This document shows positions 49,986 to 63,500 of a DNA stretch of 64,000 nucleotides, one piece after another. The stretch is from Camelus ferus (Eukaryota), in NCBI RefSeq assembly GCF_009834535.1, contig NC_045697.1:74340001-74404000 (forward strand). Direction: 5' to 3'. The notes beneath the pieces were generated by a model. It searched no databases and was not told the origin of the DNA. It was given only the letters and a program-made list of their open reading frames with translations. The translations under genes and the position numbers were made by a program. Every line of letters starts with the position of its first letter. Position 1 is the first letter of the stretch.

Positions 49986-51947
49986 TGATCTGCATTTGGT
50001 GACAATGGAAATTAGGAGCATGTGATGTGAGAAAACCTTTTAGACCTAATAAAATCTATCCTGTAAATAGTTCTTAGATTTAGTTGTTTAAATGAGGGAA
50101 ATAAAGTCACTCTTTTGCATGTAACAAAGGGTATGTGAACCTAAGTAAAGGGTGGTTTATAAAAGTAAATTTTCTAAACTTTTCTTTAAGAGCCTTACAA
50201 GGGTTTCGTGGGGAAGCAGCCTGATGTGATTAACACATGGTGTCAGGCTCTGGGGTCAGGACCCTGCCTCTCCGGAGCTGCTTTGTTGTGAGCACATTTT
50301 TAATTTCCCACAGCCTTAGTTTCCTCAAGTCTAAGTTGGAGATAATAAAATCTTTCAGGGCTGTTGTGAGCATAGAAAGATCTGCGTGCCATCACCCAGC
50401 AGAGCTGCCAGCACAGAAAGGGCACTGGGTGAATGTTGGTTCTCTTCTCTCTCCCTCCAGGGGAAAATACATCTAAGTTTTACTATGTAGTTTTCTCCAG
50501 CTACTCATGAAAATAAGGGCTGGCCTGATTTTTACCCTGCAAAGCTGATTAAATAAAAGGAGCAGATGAGAAATTAAAGTTCTTCACTATCCAGTAGTTG
50601 TTGCTACCTTCACTGGACGGCTGCCTTCCAAAGCTCTGTTTTCAGCGTGAAGCTGGAAAGGTGGTGCACAGCAACCATAGGGATTGTTGACGTCTGTGGA
50701 GGTGATGTAAGCCTGGAAGGAGGGAAGAATTCAGGAGCAGGAGGGTTGAGAGCAGGGATCTTGCTTTTCTCTTCTCAGTACAGCATTGTTTTTGGTTTTC
50801 CAGTCCAAGGGGAATCTGGCTTACATTACTTCACAACTAGAAATTTTCAGAAAATCTCTTTGGCTTCACCCTAAAAGCGCCTCCCCACCCTAAAGTTGAG
50901 AGATTTGTCTGTAGAAAGGACAGTTGTGATCCAATACAGTTTGCCTCTGTCCAGAATGGAATGGCAGTCTGAGCATTTTTCTGATAAAATGCTTCGTCTC
51001 TCAAGAACCCCGCATCTGATTTTCTTTCATAGAGTCCTATTTTGCCGTATTTAGCCTAATAATTTTCACAACTGTCAGCTTTAGATTGTAATACAGTATA
51101 GATATATTTAAGGCATTGGTTCTAAAAACAGATTTTAAATCATTTTTAGAGTTATTTTTCTTTTCATGAATTATTGAAGCACTAATCATGACTTCAATCC
51201 ACAATTGTATTCCTTTTTCAATAAACTCATTAAAAGAATTTAATACAATTCATCATTCAGTGTTAAGAACTGTAATTATATGAATATGAAAAGGTGCTAC
51301 ATAAATATGATTTGATCAGTTTTATACAACACTGATTAGATTCTATTCAGACAGAATTTGTGAAAGTGTTTTCATACACACTTTTACTTAATCTTTGCAA
51401 AAGCATTGTGATGTGTCAGTATTATTAACCATAGTTTAATCAGTCACCTCAGCCAGAACCAGAACCAGTTTCTGGTTGAAGAGACTGAGGCCCAAAAAAG
51501 TTAAATTTTAAGTGGCCCAGGATCACACAGCCAATTAGAGTTCTAGACTTGAAATTCTGATTTCAGTCTACGGTTCTTGACACAAGGCTACAACTGAAAT
51601 AAATTTTCAATCAGAAAGAGCACTAGTTTAGACATGCGTATATATTGAATTTTCCATATTTAACATCATTTTCCACCAAATGAATTTTATGCTTTGTTTG
51701 CAATGTTCCATTTGTAATCTTTCAACCTATTGCTTAATTTTCTTAATTAATATCAATAGCTAATTGTCTTTTGGTACATCCAAATGAGAACTCTAAACTA
51801 CTATGGAATAATTGGTAACTTGAAACCCTTTAAGGAACAATCCTCACAAAAAGTGTTTGGTTTTGTTTTTGGTTTTTTTTTAATGGCCCGAAGTAGCACT
51901 GTTAATTAAGAAAGAACTTCGAGCTAAGATTTGATTTTGTTTTGCAG

Positions 51948-52081
51948 GTGGCGTTGCATGCTTGTGGAGTGGCAACAGACATGGTGATTGAGCACTGCAT
52001 CAAAACACGGGCGTCCTTTGTCACGTGCCCATGCTGTTACGGTTTCATTCAGAATACCTCAAAGTTTAATTTTCCAAAAAG
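51948..52081 (+). CDS. GSTCD: GSTCD coding exon (probably exon 9), 134 nt, phase 0 to 2: VALHACGVATDMVIEHCIKTRASFVTCPCCYGFIQNTSKFNFPK(S)
   Basis: Acceptor ttgattttgttttgcag|GTG, donor AAG|gtgaaa. LHACG and PCCY motifs are characteristic of Methyltransf_32-type domains. Confidence 0.97.
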
Positions 52082-52384
52082 GTGAAATGTTGTGTTCTGC
52101 CAAAGACATCAATATGGGGATTAAATCCGTACACAAAACTTATTTGATAACAAGTCGCAATGAGATTTCAGTTTGGGGCTCATTTCCACTTTCCACTATG
52201 GCAAGTATTGTTTATCAGCTGTATCAGGAAGATACAGCATCTCCTCTATGCCTGCCCTTGATTGTTCTCCTGGATCCAGCTTTTGTTGGAATTTAGAAGC
52301 AAGTCTATCTAGGAGTCAGCTGACTGGCAGTCCGGCAGCTTCAGCACTTCTTTGTGTACTTCTAAGCGGAAAGTATCGCCTAGA

Positions 52385-52640
52385 AGAGGCAGTGGAGTGT
52401 AGTGGTTAAGCACCTCAGACCCAGAAGTATTCCACTTCATCAAATATGGCAAACAATGGCCCCTCATTCTTTTGTAAATTGTTTCACCCCAGGCAATTAA
52501 ACTTTTTGCCTATGTTTTCTCGTCTATAAAAGAGGGGGTTAAAATAGTAACTACCTGAAGGTTTTTATGAGGATCGAATGATATATATGTAAGCCACTTA
52601 GAAATGGCACAGAGTAGGCACTCATAAATGTGAGCTGTTG
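52385..52640 (+). mobile_element. MIR SINE
   Basis: gaggcagtggagtgtagtggttaagcac...gttttctcgtctataaaa...tgaggatcgaatga...taggcactcataaatg. Confidence 0.7.
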
Positions 52641-53359
52641 CTCAGTGAAGTAGTAGCAGTAGTAGTTTTAAATTCTGCCCATGGGTGGTGGTGATTAATC
52701 TGCAAGCTCAGTGGCCGTTTTTACTTCCTTATCCCACATAGAAGAGGGAGACATTTTAATTCTCATCACTTTAACTCAACCTGGTAGAGGGCCCTTCTTG
52801 GTTTATGACATTTCACTCTGATTTATAGTTTTTGAGAATCCAGCTGATCATTTTAATTATAGAATAAATTAAACGTGTTAGTTTTGGAAATCCTATAATG
52901 TGTCAAAAAAGACTTCTTGATCATTTGCATCATTGCTTTTAAGAAACCTTAGAAATTTCCATTAGAATTTATACTTAAAGGTTTCTATCTAAGTCGTTTA
53001 AAATAACAAAGTAAAAGAATAGCCTTCTCTTTCTTTCATTGTTTTGTTCCTTACTACAATTTGCAACTACTTGAGAGAAAACCAAAGGAACTGTGGAAAA
53101 GCAAAAACTAAAATATAATTTGAGGCTTATTCAATACTTGAAATTGTATTTTATTCTAAATCTTCGATAAAATAGATAAAACGTATGTTTTACAACTCAT
53201 CAAGAAATTGGTTAAGTTTAGCACTATGAAGATTCTTAAGAGTGCTAATTTGAGTTATTCAGCCTGCAGTCTCATTTAACTGATTTTAAAGTCTCAATTT
53301 AGTGTCTGTCGACGTTGTCACATCTCTGCAGATTTATTGACATGTGCCCCCTTTGTCAT

Positions 53360-53723
53360 TAGAGGACTACTCCCAGGTCACTACCCCTCTGCCCTAATCA
53401 CACTAGGGCCAGATACCAGACAACTAGGGACAGCCCCTGTGCTCCAGAACCTATGACATTATTCAAACTAGCCAGTCCTCAGCTTGCTCACCCTGGCTTA
53501 CCGTTCCTTCCCATGGAATCCATAATAGAGGCTCTCGTCTGTGTTTTACTCCATTGCCTCTGCCTCATGACTGACCCTGGTGCTTCCCCACGTGACCCTG
53601 CATGACATGACTTGCCCCCTCTTCTTGGGAACTATGAGTAACAGACTTTCTTTTCCCTGGCAGTCCTCTCCTAATCTGTTGGTCTCACACACCTGAATAA
53701 CAATAAAAGCTACATTTTAAAAT
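53360..53723 (+). mobile_element. MER74-like ERVL LTR (3' part)
   Basis: ccctaatcacactagggccagataccagacaactagggacagcccct...attattcaaactagcca...gaccctggtgcttcccc...cctgaataacaataaaagctacattttaaaa. Confidence 0.82.
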
Positions 53724-54046
53724 GCCTGGATCTGTGTGCACCCATACAGGGAAGAGAAAAGAGTTGGCTGTGCTTCTCTAATAGTGTACACAATCTTTGA
53801 AAGAAATTCTTTAAAAATTAATTACAGACTGATGGTATGTTTTTGTCTTTTTATAAGATGTTTCAAACTGGCATAGTTCTTAGTTCAGGATATTGTTATA
53901 TACCCTTCAGATAAAACATACATATTTGTTTATAATCTAGTTTCTTTTTTAAAATTTTTTTATAATTTAGTTTCTTTAAGATTATTTCTACTCTTAACCT
54001 TTGGTATTTAAAATGATGAGTAATTCCTTTTTCTTTTCTATTTCAG

Positions 54047-54077
54047 TGATCAATTCAAGAAAACATTATCGTACAAG
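54047..54077 (+). CDS. GSTCD: GSTCD coding mini-exon (probably exon 10), 31 nt, phase 2 to 0: (S)DQFKKTLSYK
   Basis: Acceptor ttcctttttcttttctatttcag|T, donor AAG|gtaacc. It exactly restores the frame between the flanking exons. Confidence 0.93.
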
Positions 54078-54619
54078 GTAACCTTATAAACATCTGGATG
54101 TTTACCTAATATACTTTTTATTCCTTCTTTATATTTTCCTTCTCAAATTTCTAGTGGAGTATATAACCTATACTTATACTTGAATTACTCATAAACTCTG
54201 ATATGCTTTTTTTTTCTTTTTGGCAAATCAAGATTAATCTTTAGGTAGTTGACAAGATTTGTGAAGGGTCTGAGAGTTTACCCGCCTCGCAAGCTCACAA
54301 GCTAGCCTGCCACAGTTTGATGGATGCTGGCAGGGACAACAGAAGACAGTGTAGCTCACAGCAATGGGAGTAACTACCATCATTTTCCCACTGACTTCCC
54401 GAGGCCCAGTTCCCACAGGGCAGCGCAGAAGGGGCCAGATGACCCTTAACACATATACAGTGAGTCCTATCACAGGGGAGGGAAACTGAGCTTCGGAAAC
54501 CCAGATGTTTTAAGGTGTAATCATTAAGTAAGCATGCCTCCCCTTTTCTCCAGAGGGAGACACTGTATAGTTTCCGAGGCTGTTGACTGTACAAATGTCT
54601 TTGAAAAGATAATCTGAAA

Positions 54620-54834
54620 CAGAGGTGAATTTTTCTGTAAAAGGTAAGACAGTCAATATTTTAGGCTTTGCTGGCCACTTACAGACCCCCCCCCCCCCAT
54701 ATTCTGCATTGTCCTTGTCGTTGTTGTTGGTTTACAACCCTTTAAAAATGTAAAATCCATTCTTAACTTTTGGGCCATACAAAAATAGGTCACAGGCTGG
54801 GTTTGGCCAATGGGCCGTAGTTGACCAGCCACTG
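54620..54834 (+). mobile_element. MER58-like hAT-Charlie MITE
   Basis: cagagg...tttttctgtaaaagg...aatattttaggctttgctggcc...gggccgtagttgaccagccactg. Imperfect 8-bp TSD atctgaaa / gtctggaa. Confidence 0.8.
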
Positions 54835-57393
54835 GTCTGGAACAAAGACAATGACTCTGCTCATAAGACATGAAGAAACACAAAAGACCCACACAGAATT
54901 GTCTCCCACAGTAGTCAGAACATTGCATAGTTTTGAGTCAGCAGTCTGAGCAAAACAGTTTGCAGCTTTGTGAACATCACTACTAACTAATTAATTGATC
55001 AATAATGTGATAGAAGTGCGATCTAAGAAATTATAACAGTTGTGAGAAATACATAATCCCATTAAAAGCTGATAAATTAGTTTGTTAATTACATTGGATT
55101 CTTAGTTTGCTTAATTACACTTCTAGTACAGACTCAATAAAATATATAGTCTCGTTTTGTATACCAGCCTCTGCCTTCTGGGAATTTTACCTTCTTTCCC
55201 TTCCAGTAGTGGAATTGTGAGGTACAGTAACCTAAAAATGTCCATTTCTACCACCCTGGCACCTATATCTCCTTCACCCCTACTTTGTCACTCTTAAGTG
55301 AATGCCCACCTCTAACTCTGTCTCCTGCCCCTCCTCCTACCCTCACCTCTCCCCTCTCCCCAACTTTCCTGTCCCCACCCATCTAAGTATAGAACCAGAT
55401 CTAATCTTCGTCTACTGAATTTAAAGTTTTCATATTCTAGGGAAATATAGGGGTGTTTTTTTTTTAACTATAGAGGTTTTTGGAAGTGTTAGGACCTCAG
55501 GAATTTTATTTTCATAATGTTCAAAACACCTCAACTTTCTCTTAAAAGGCCCTGCCAATAAAGTAGAAAATGAACTGGAAAACAAACAAAAACCAAAAAC
55601 TAGACCCTTGTTTTTAATCCCTCCTTGAGTGATGTGAAGTAAAGCAAACTCTACGAGGATAAAAAACTGGGGTGGTGAGGAGGTAGGGCACCACAGCCTC
55701 ACTGGCTGGAGGAAATGTAGAAGTTCTAGATTCTAGAGACAGGGCACCCAGGCTCTTCCAGATAGCCTAAAGCTCCCAGGTCCCCTAGTTATCTTTATCT
55801 CCTCGTTCTTCCACGCCCTCAAAGCTCTTTGGCCACTCACCCTTTGATTGTCTTGGGTGTGAATGCTCCACGGAGAAGTCTTAACCTCTTGGATGCTGTT
55901 GCAAGGTGATATCTCAGTATTTCTTAACCATGGTGGGTGGGCTGGCAGGCAAAACTAAATGGACTTAGTGCCCAGGTACCTTGAGAGTCACATTAGAAGT
56001 GTTTTCCTCCACAGTTCAATTTAGCCAGCAAATCTCTACTGAATACCTACTACGTGCCTTCCCCATTCAGAATTTAACTTCTACTGGGGCAAACACATAC
56101 ACAAATAATTCCACTGAAATATGAGAAGACTTACCAGGGCAAGGGAAACCAACCTCATCTGAGGTTGTAATTTCCTCGACATTACTTGTAGTGAACTTTA
56201 ATTTATAAACATGAGGACAAAGGGCATGCTTTGTCCTGCCTTTTCTTCAAATTACATAGTTCTAAATTATTCTTCTGCCCCTTGGTTTGTGCCAGTTCAC
56301 AGGAGTTTAATAAAAGTTACTCATTTGAGCCATTTTATCAGTATCCTACCCATTGCCACTAAATTTTATAGTGAGCATTAAAGAGGTTTTCTTTAATGTA
56401 TAAAAGTTGAGACAAAAGTAACCCTTCAAAAAGACCCAACATCACCCAGTCACTCATTTAATAAGGTAATCAGAAAAATCTTATTAAAAAAATGGAGACC
56501 TCACATTGAATGTACCAAAGACCAAGGAGACCAATGATGAGTCAGTTCAACGCGTTTGCTAAGCTGACAGGTGAGCCCATTACACACTTGGAAACTGCAG
56601 CTGTTCTGAGTGAACAGTTGTCATGGGAGCACTGCAGTCATTTCAGCTCCGACTCACCACTCCTTTGACTACTTGCAGATGTAAGAGTGCTGTGCAGACT
56701 CACCACCTCTCTGTCCCTCTGAAGCCTTGCTCTTTTCCATTAATGTAACCTTTCCTAAAATTGTTAAGCAGAAGCAATGATCTCCCTCTCATTCTCTCCA
56801 GTCCCCTTTACAGTCTGTCTTAAAGCACAAGTACATGCACCTCCTGCAGCCTTTGGAGCGAGGGGAGGGAGTGAACCAGCCTCCTCTCCTCTGAGGGGAC
56901 TGAGTGAAGGGGGGAGTCCGACACCCTGCTGGGGACCCGGGAGAACGGCAGAGGCCACGGTGGTGACCTTTGGCAGTACCTCCTTTTCTTTGTAGGAAGA
57001 GGAAAAGCCACTTAAAATGTCTTCTTGGAGCCATGTTCCTGAGACTCAGATTTGATTAAAAGGAAAATATAAGTGAATTTTAGGTCTTTTAGTTTAACAC
57101 ATTATAACCACAAATTGTAAGCATATTTTGGCTAAAAGCAGCTGGTTAAAGGGCCCTGAGGACCTTCTGTACCTCTGTTCTTAAGAACTAAATCTGAAGA
57201 GCAGTCTCCTTGAAGGGAAAAAGATTATTGAGTACCATTTTCTGAAAATGTACTTTTTAAAAAAGTACTATTTGTGCAGTAGTTTATTCAATTAAACAAT
57301 GGAGAGTTCCAGAAAAAAAAAGTTGCTATTTTCTTTTTTAAGTTTGAAGCAGAAGATTAAAGTAAACCCATTTTCTGTTGCTTTTTCTTATAG

Positions 57394-57463
57394 GAACACA
57401 TGATTCTGTGCAGATTTGCAGACCAGACAGCTGTCCAGCTTCCACCCCAACGAAGGCTCATAG
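57394..57463 (+). CDS. GSTCD: GSTCD coding exon (probably exon 11), 70 nt, phase 0 to 1: EHMILCRFADQTAVQLPPQRRLI(G)
   Basis: Acceptor ttgctttttcttatag|GAA, donor TAG|gtatgt. In frame. Confidence 0.95.
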
Positions 57464-60400
57464 GTATGTGTTCTCACAGAGCAAATGTTGAGTTGATTAT
57501 GTACAAGGTGCCTAGGAATGAATAGACCAGCCCTATATGGGAAAACAGGGGACTTCAAAATGGTCCATTTATCATTAAGGCACAAAAGTTTATTTTTCCC
57601 AGAAAAAAAAATGTATCTTGAAAAGAACTCTGTAATTATAACAGCATTTTATCCCATTTTTGTCAACCTTAATACTTTTAAATGTATTTTCAATGTTCAT
57701 ACATTGAGTAGAATTATTATGTTAAATCTCTTATTGTCACAAACTGAAGAATCTATCAAAAGCTGCAGAAGAAAATGCAAGATAGAAAAATCAACTCAGC
57801 ATGCCAAAATTGATACATTACAAAATGTGTAAACAAGGATGATAATGTTTTCTTTCTCAGAAAAAAAAAGTTTACCTGTATATTTTTAATCATAGACCAA
57901 TATATTTGACATTTGTAATATTTAACACTACCTAACTTGGAAGAAAAATAGCATTTCCGGTTTAAGTAATGAACTTATCCAAGACTCTGCTTTAGAAAAA
58001 GAAATCACATTTAGAAGGATAATAGCAGCTAACAGTTACTGCGTATTTAGGTTCTGAGCTAAATGTCCTGCATCCATTATCTCAGAAAAGTCTTATAAAA
58101 ATACATGTGGAATATGTGCTGTTGGGACAAAAGCCTAGCCAGGATCCCTCAGCTGGTAGATGATGGAACCACACCCAAATTATTTGATTCCAGACATAAA
58201 GCTCTTACCCATTTTTGCAGTTCTTTCCCCCCCCCCCCAACGCCCAGTGATAGAGGTGCATCACTGGAAGGTTAGTTTCCAAGATTAGGACTTTACATGA
58301 TTGAATATAATCAAAACTAATCTTAAAAATTATTCAGAAAAGCCCCACATTGTAGACCATCATGATGAAGTGGAATGCAGATTGCCGGTTCTTTGGCTGA
58401 GTACCACGTCTAGGGGTTAGCTTGTATTCAGGGACCCTGTTGTATAAAAACTAGGTACCTTTAAAATCTAAAATCAGAGTCAGCATAGAAGGATAATCAC
58501 AATTGGAGAGGCATTTGAGACCTAATTCTGAAGGAGCAAGTGAGTTCCTTCTTTATTCACACTTTGGGGCATAAACGTATGGAAAAAACTTACCTTCCCA
58601 CACGCAACCTCTCTCTTTTACTCCCTTCCCCTCCTCCTCCTCTTTTTCTAGTTTCCAACATTTTGAGTTAGTCATATGTACACTTGAGTGTACAGTCCAG
58701 TATGTATATTGAGGTACAACTTACATGTATATATCAAGTTACATTTGACATAGCTCCACTGGACTCAGTGAAGGCATAATTGATGTGCTGGATGGGGGTG
58801 TACCTGTTGATGTTTTAGGCGTCAAACCAGAAGGAATGCTTGGAAGGGAAACTGCTAGAGCTGAGAAGGAGGAGCATTTTCTCATGATCACTGACATGAA
58901 GGGAAGGAAAGTCAAGTTCAGAATCACGGACTCCATCAAATGTCTACATCTTTGCACAGGCCATACTTTTGTTCTGTGAACATTTTAGGAAGCTTCTCAG
59001 GCCTCAAAAGGTAGACTCCCAACAACTGAGTTTCAGTTGTGAAGACACTTCTTCAACGTGTAAAAACATGAGACTCTTTTACATAATGCAAAGGAAAAAT
59101 GAGCTGGACTGGGATCAAAGCCAAGGGTAAATGAACTGCAGTGTAAACCCAGGGTGGGTACCAAAGGAATGTAGAGCATCCCGTTTCATTTTAAATTGAA
59201 AAGTAGATGGGGTGGGGTGGGGGGACATTTGCAGATGTCTTAAAGGAAGAACAGTATTTTAAAGGGAAAAAAAACCTGTCATCTATGCAGCTGTTGATGA
59301 AGAGGGGTGACTTTGCCTCAGTGGAATTCTAGACATCTCTTTTTATATCGTTTCTATCACAGTTCATCCTTCTTGGCATGAGGCCTTCTAAGGGAAATGT
59401 GCAAAATATTTTAAATCTAAACCTCTTGTTGTCAATTTCTTACCTATTGATTTTACCTTCCACTGTTTTTATCTGGGAGGATTCTACCTTCCACAGAAGA
59501 ATTTTTCTAAATCAGTTATCTATCTTCATTTTTGAAGCTGTTTTAGTTGAGCAGTTTCTGCTGTCATTCAAGTAAATAATGTTTAAAAATAATGTTTAGG
59601 CATTATTATAATTATTGAGAAAAAATGGAATGAAGTTCTGCATGTCAGTAACCTTTTTCCAAGAGGATGAAAAAGTTTATGTATTGAATTTAAAGAAATT
59701 GAAATTATAAAAGTAAACCTTAGCTTTGAATACATTCAACCCCAAATCAGCTTTTTTTTCCCTAGCTGCTTTGAAATAGAAGTTTGCACTTACCAAAAGA
59801 CAGAAATTAACTGCTTTGGTTGCCAGTCACGTTCCCTCCTTTGTTTCCCAAGACTAGAAAGAAAATTGAATACCACTATTTCATAGGGGGGTAGGAGCTC
59901 TATTCAATTAAGATTATACTACTCTCAACATTACACATCCACCTGAAATAATCTGCACACAACTGAGAGTTTTCTCAAGTATTTCCTATTTCTCATTTCT
60001 TCATTGTCCTAAAATCTCCACATGCAAAATGTAACATGACTTTCAGGTGTCCTTTTGTTTGGTTATTATTTTAGATATTTTTAATGGCAGATGTTATATA
60101 TTTTTTACAACATTACAAATAATGTATTTTCCTGGAGTATGAAGAGAAAAATTCTTAAAAATGGATTTTTAACCAAAGTGGGAAATAGAATCTGTAGTTT
60201 TTATTTCAGAATTTATTTATAAATACATTTTAAAAGATTAATACTCTTTAAATTACTAGTAGAAACAAATCTGTGAAATGTTACGTATTTGTAATTGTCT
60301 TCTCTCCATACTGATCAGGAATTAAGTTCAAAGAGACTAAACAGAACTTGGGGGCAAACATCATTCTCCATAGTACTTATAGATTTTGTCATCGTATAGA

Positions 60401-60469
60401 ATCCCCTACGAATTGAAATTGCACCATTTGCTGAAGGGTGTCTCATGATACCATTCTACTGTATTTCAG

Positions 60470-60606
60470 GAAAACAGTGCATGTGCCTGGTGGATCTGGA
60501 TCGAGCAAGAGCTGCAGAAGAACGTGGCTACTCCATTCAAGTGATATCCATGCAGCCAGAGAGCTGCTCTCCCAAAAATAACATGATCGTGGGAGTCCCC
60601 ATTTAG
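60470..60606 (+). CDS. GSTCD: GSTCD last coding exon: (G)KQCMCLVDLDRARAAEERGYSIQVISMQPESCSPKNNMIVGVPI*
   Basis: Acceptor ccattctactgtatttcag|GA, stop TAG at 60604-60606. Contains the DLDR and SPKN motifs near the end of the domain. Confidence 0.96.
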
Positions 60607-61790
60607 AGTGAGATATTCACATCTGATGCTGTGCCATCCGTCTCCCTGACGCAAGCCCAGTGGCACTCAGGAGGGTCCTGGCATAATTAGAAGCAGCGTC
60701 AGCCATCTTGAACTTCCTGTGCTGAGGAAGGAGCACAGCAGGAGCGTCTTGGGAGAAGGCTGCCTGCAAAGCGTCACAGATGTGCTTGTGGCGTGTGATT
60801 AAAGGACTGCTGGTTTTCCTAGTGAGAGTCCCCTGAAGTCTCAGCTGCCAGCAGAGTGAGCCTCACGAGAGGAAGTTCTATCACAGGAATAACAATTTCC
60901 TTCTCAGTGCACAGCTTTTCTGATCTTGCCAGTGTGGTGTTCAGTTCAAAACAGTGGACTTGCAGCCTTATAATCACTTAGAGATTCAAATGGGGACCGA
61001 AACTAAACTGAGTGGGTTTTGTTTGTCTGCGTTTTATATTTTTTAACAATTGTACTTTTTTAAATAATTTTTTTAAAAAGCCTAGTCAGGTAATTACAGT
61101 ATGGTTACATTTTTAAGCTGAGGTGAGTTGGACTTATATTTCATTTCATAACTCCTTTTAAATATATTTCCCATAAATTGCCAAATGGGATCACTGCTGG
61201 GTCAAACATTTTATATGAAAATGTTATAAAATAATTGCAGTAAATTTCCTATTATAGGAACATTAATCTGGACATAAATTCTAACTAATCAGTAAATACA
61301 TTGATATGTTAATTCAAGTCTATAAGTAATTGCTGAGGATCCATTATTTTCAAGGTCCTGGCCTAGATTCTTCTAAGGATACAAAGATGAGTTGGAAGAG
61401 ACACAGTGCCTTTGCTATAGAAGTAAATCACGTACAAGAGAAAGATTCATGAATCAGTTAAGGTCACAGGATTTGTTTTTCAGTTATCAATCATTTTTAT
61501 TTTTATTTTTGATACAATTTACTGAGTATAATTGGAGAAGGAGTAGGGTGTGGAAGCTTACCTGAGTAGTTTTCTCCCTCCTCAAATAGCCCGTATTCCA
61601 CCAGCCAGTTTTTAAAAACAGCTGGTGTGTCCTTTCACACATGCTGCTAATTCTTTTTTACATGTCCTAGATTATTTCATTTGAGGTAAGATTTATTTCA
61701 TCAATTTTGATTTTTTTTTCAACCACTGTATGACACATACCATGAGGAGAAAGGGCTTTAATAAATACCTCTTTCATCACTGTGGATTAA
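60607..61790 (+). other. GSTCD: GSTCD 3' UTR (end uncertain)
   Basis: Non-repetitive sequence after the stop codon, up to candidate poly(A) signals and the antisense L1 at about 61925. Confidence 0.6.
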
Positions 61791-61791
61791 A
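61760..61791 (+). terminator. Candidate polyadenylation signals: AATAAA 61760-61765 and ATTAAA 61786-61791 (a proximal ATTAAA lies at 60798-60803)
   Basis: Hexamers are seen directly downstream of the GSTCD stop. Usage cannot be determined from sequence. Confidence 0.4.
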
Positions 61792-61924
61792 ATATAGGAA
61801 TAATTTATGAAGGGGATGGGGGTTTGAACTCTTGCTTTCTGAGATAAATTGAAGAATTAACATCAGCCCTGAGTATCTTAGTCATTTACACCTGTAAACA
61901 CGCCATGCTCTTTTATCCTGGGCT

Positions 61925-63500
61925 TTCTTTTTAAATTGAGGTATAATTTACAGACAATAAATAACAGATTTTAAGTGTTGTGAGTTGAGGAAGTTTTGAC
62001 AACCATATATATCCATGCAAACACCATCAGAAATAAGATACAGTCTATTTCTGTCAGCCCAGAAAGTTCTCTCATGCTTTCTGTTCAATTTCCCCCACCC
62101 CAAAGGCAACCACACTCTGATTTCTGTCCCCCTACATGTGTTTTGCTATTTTTGTCCTTCATATAAATGAAGTCATTTAGGATATAGTCCTTTGTGTCTG
62201 GCTTCTTTTGCTCAACGTGTTTTTTTTCCCTTGAAAAATAACAACTTTGTTATGTTTATCAATGGTTTCTTCTTATTCCTAAGTAGTATTTCATCATATA
62301 AATATATCAAAATGTGTTTATCCATTCTCCTATTGGTATTTATTTGGATTGTTTTCACATCTGAAAATAGTATGAACAAGCTCTATAAATACTCTTGTGC
62401 AAGTCTTTTTGTAGACATATGTTTTCACTGCTCTAGGATAAATATCTAGTAGTAGAACTGCTGGGTCTTTGAAGAAATGAATATCAATTGCCAAATTATT
62501 CTCTAAAGTGGTTGTGCCGCTTTCTATTCCACCATCATCGTATAAAGATTCTCGTTCTCCACATCCTCACCAATAGTTGATGTTGTCAAGTTTTTATATT
62601 TTTACCATTCTGGTGGATGTGAAATGGTATCTCATTCTGGTTTTAATTTTCATTTCTCTGATGACTAGCAATGTTAAGCATCATTTATAAAGTGTCTATT
62701 CGAGTCTTTTACTTATTTTTAAAATTTAGGTCATTTAGGGTTTTATATTGTTGATTATACATTCTGGATATGAGTCATTTGTCAGTATATGTATTAAGAA
62801 TATTTTTCCCAGTCTGCGGCTTACTTACTCATTTTTAGAATGAACATCTTAATTTTCAATAAGCCTAATTTATCTTTTTCTTTTATGGTTAATATTTTCT
62901 GTGTCCTCTGTAATAAATCTTTACCCCCCTAAGGTTATGAAAATTCTTCTTATGTTTTCTTACAGAAACTTCATGGGTCTAGCTTTTTACATTTAGGTCT
63001 ATGATTCATCTGAAATCAATATTCACTTATAGAGGTAGGTTTTAAGGAATATACAGTTGTTCCGGCATCATTTGTTTAAAAACCTTTCCTTCCATTGAAA
63101 TGACTTGGCACCTCGGTTGAAAATCAGTTGATGTATATGTATGAGTCTCTTTCTGAATTCTCTAGTCTGTTCCACTAATCTCTTTGATTATTTGATCAGT
63201 GAAGCTTTATAGTAAGTTGTGAAATTAGGTAGTTTGTCTTCCAATTTCATTTTTGATTTTCCAGACTGTTTTGGCTGTTCTAAATCCATTCTATGTCCAT
63301 ATAAATTTTTTAATTGGCTTATCAATTTCTTTAAAAACAAAAAACCTGCTAGGATTTTTGGTATTGCCTAGAATCTTTACATAAATACAGAGAAAATAAC
63401 ATTAACAATATTGAGTCTTACAATCCATGAATGTAATGTACCTTTCCATGCATTTAAATCTTTTTCAGTTACTCTCAGCAATATTTTGTAATTTCCATAT
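61925..63500 (-). mobile_element. Old L1 (L1M/L1ME-like) 3' region, antisense
   Basis: T-rich start, aaggcaaccacactctgatttct, gtctggcttcttttgctcaac, ctccacatcctcaccaa, acaatattgagtcttacaatccatgaa. Confidence 0.8.

Noticed and set aside
51988..52296. 102-aa plus-strand ORF overlapping a GSTCD exon
   Set aside because: Wrong frame relative to the conserved LHACG/PCCY exon, and it runs into the intron.
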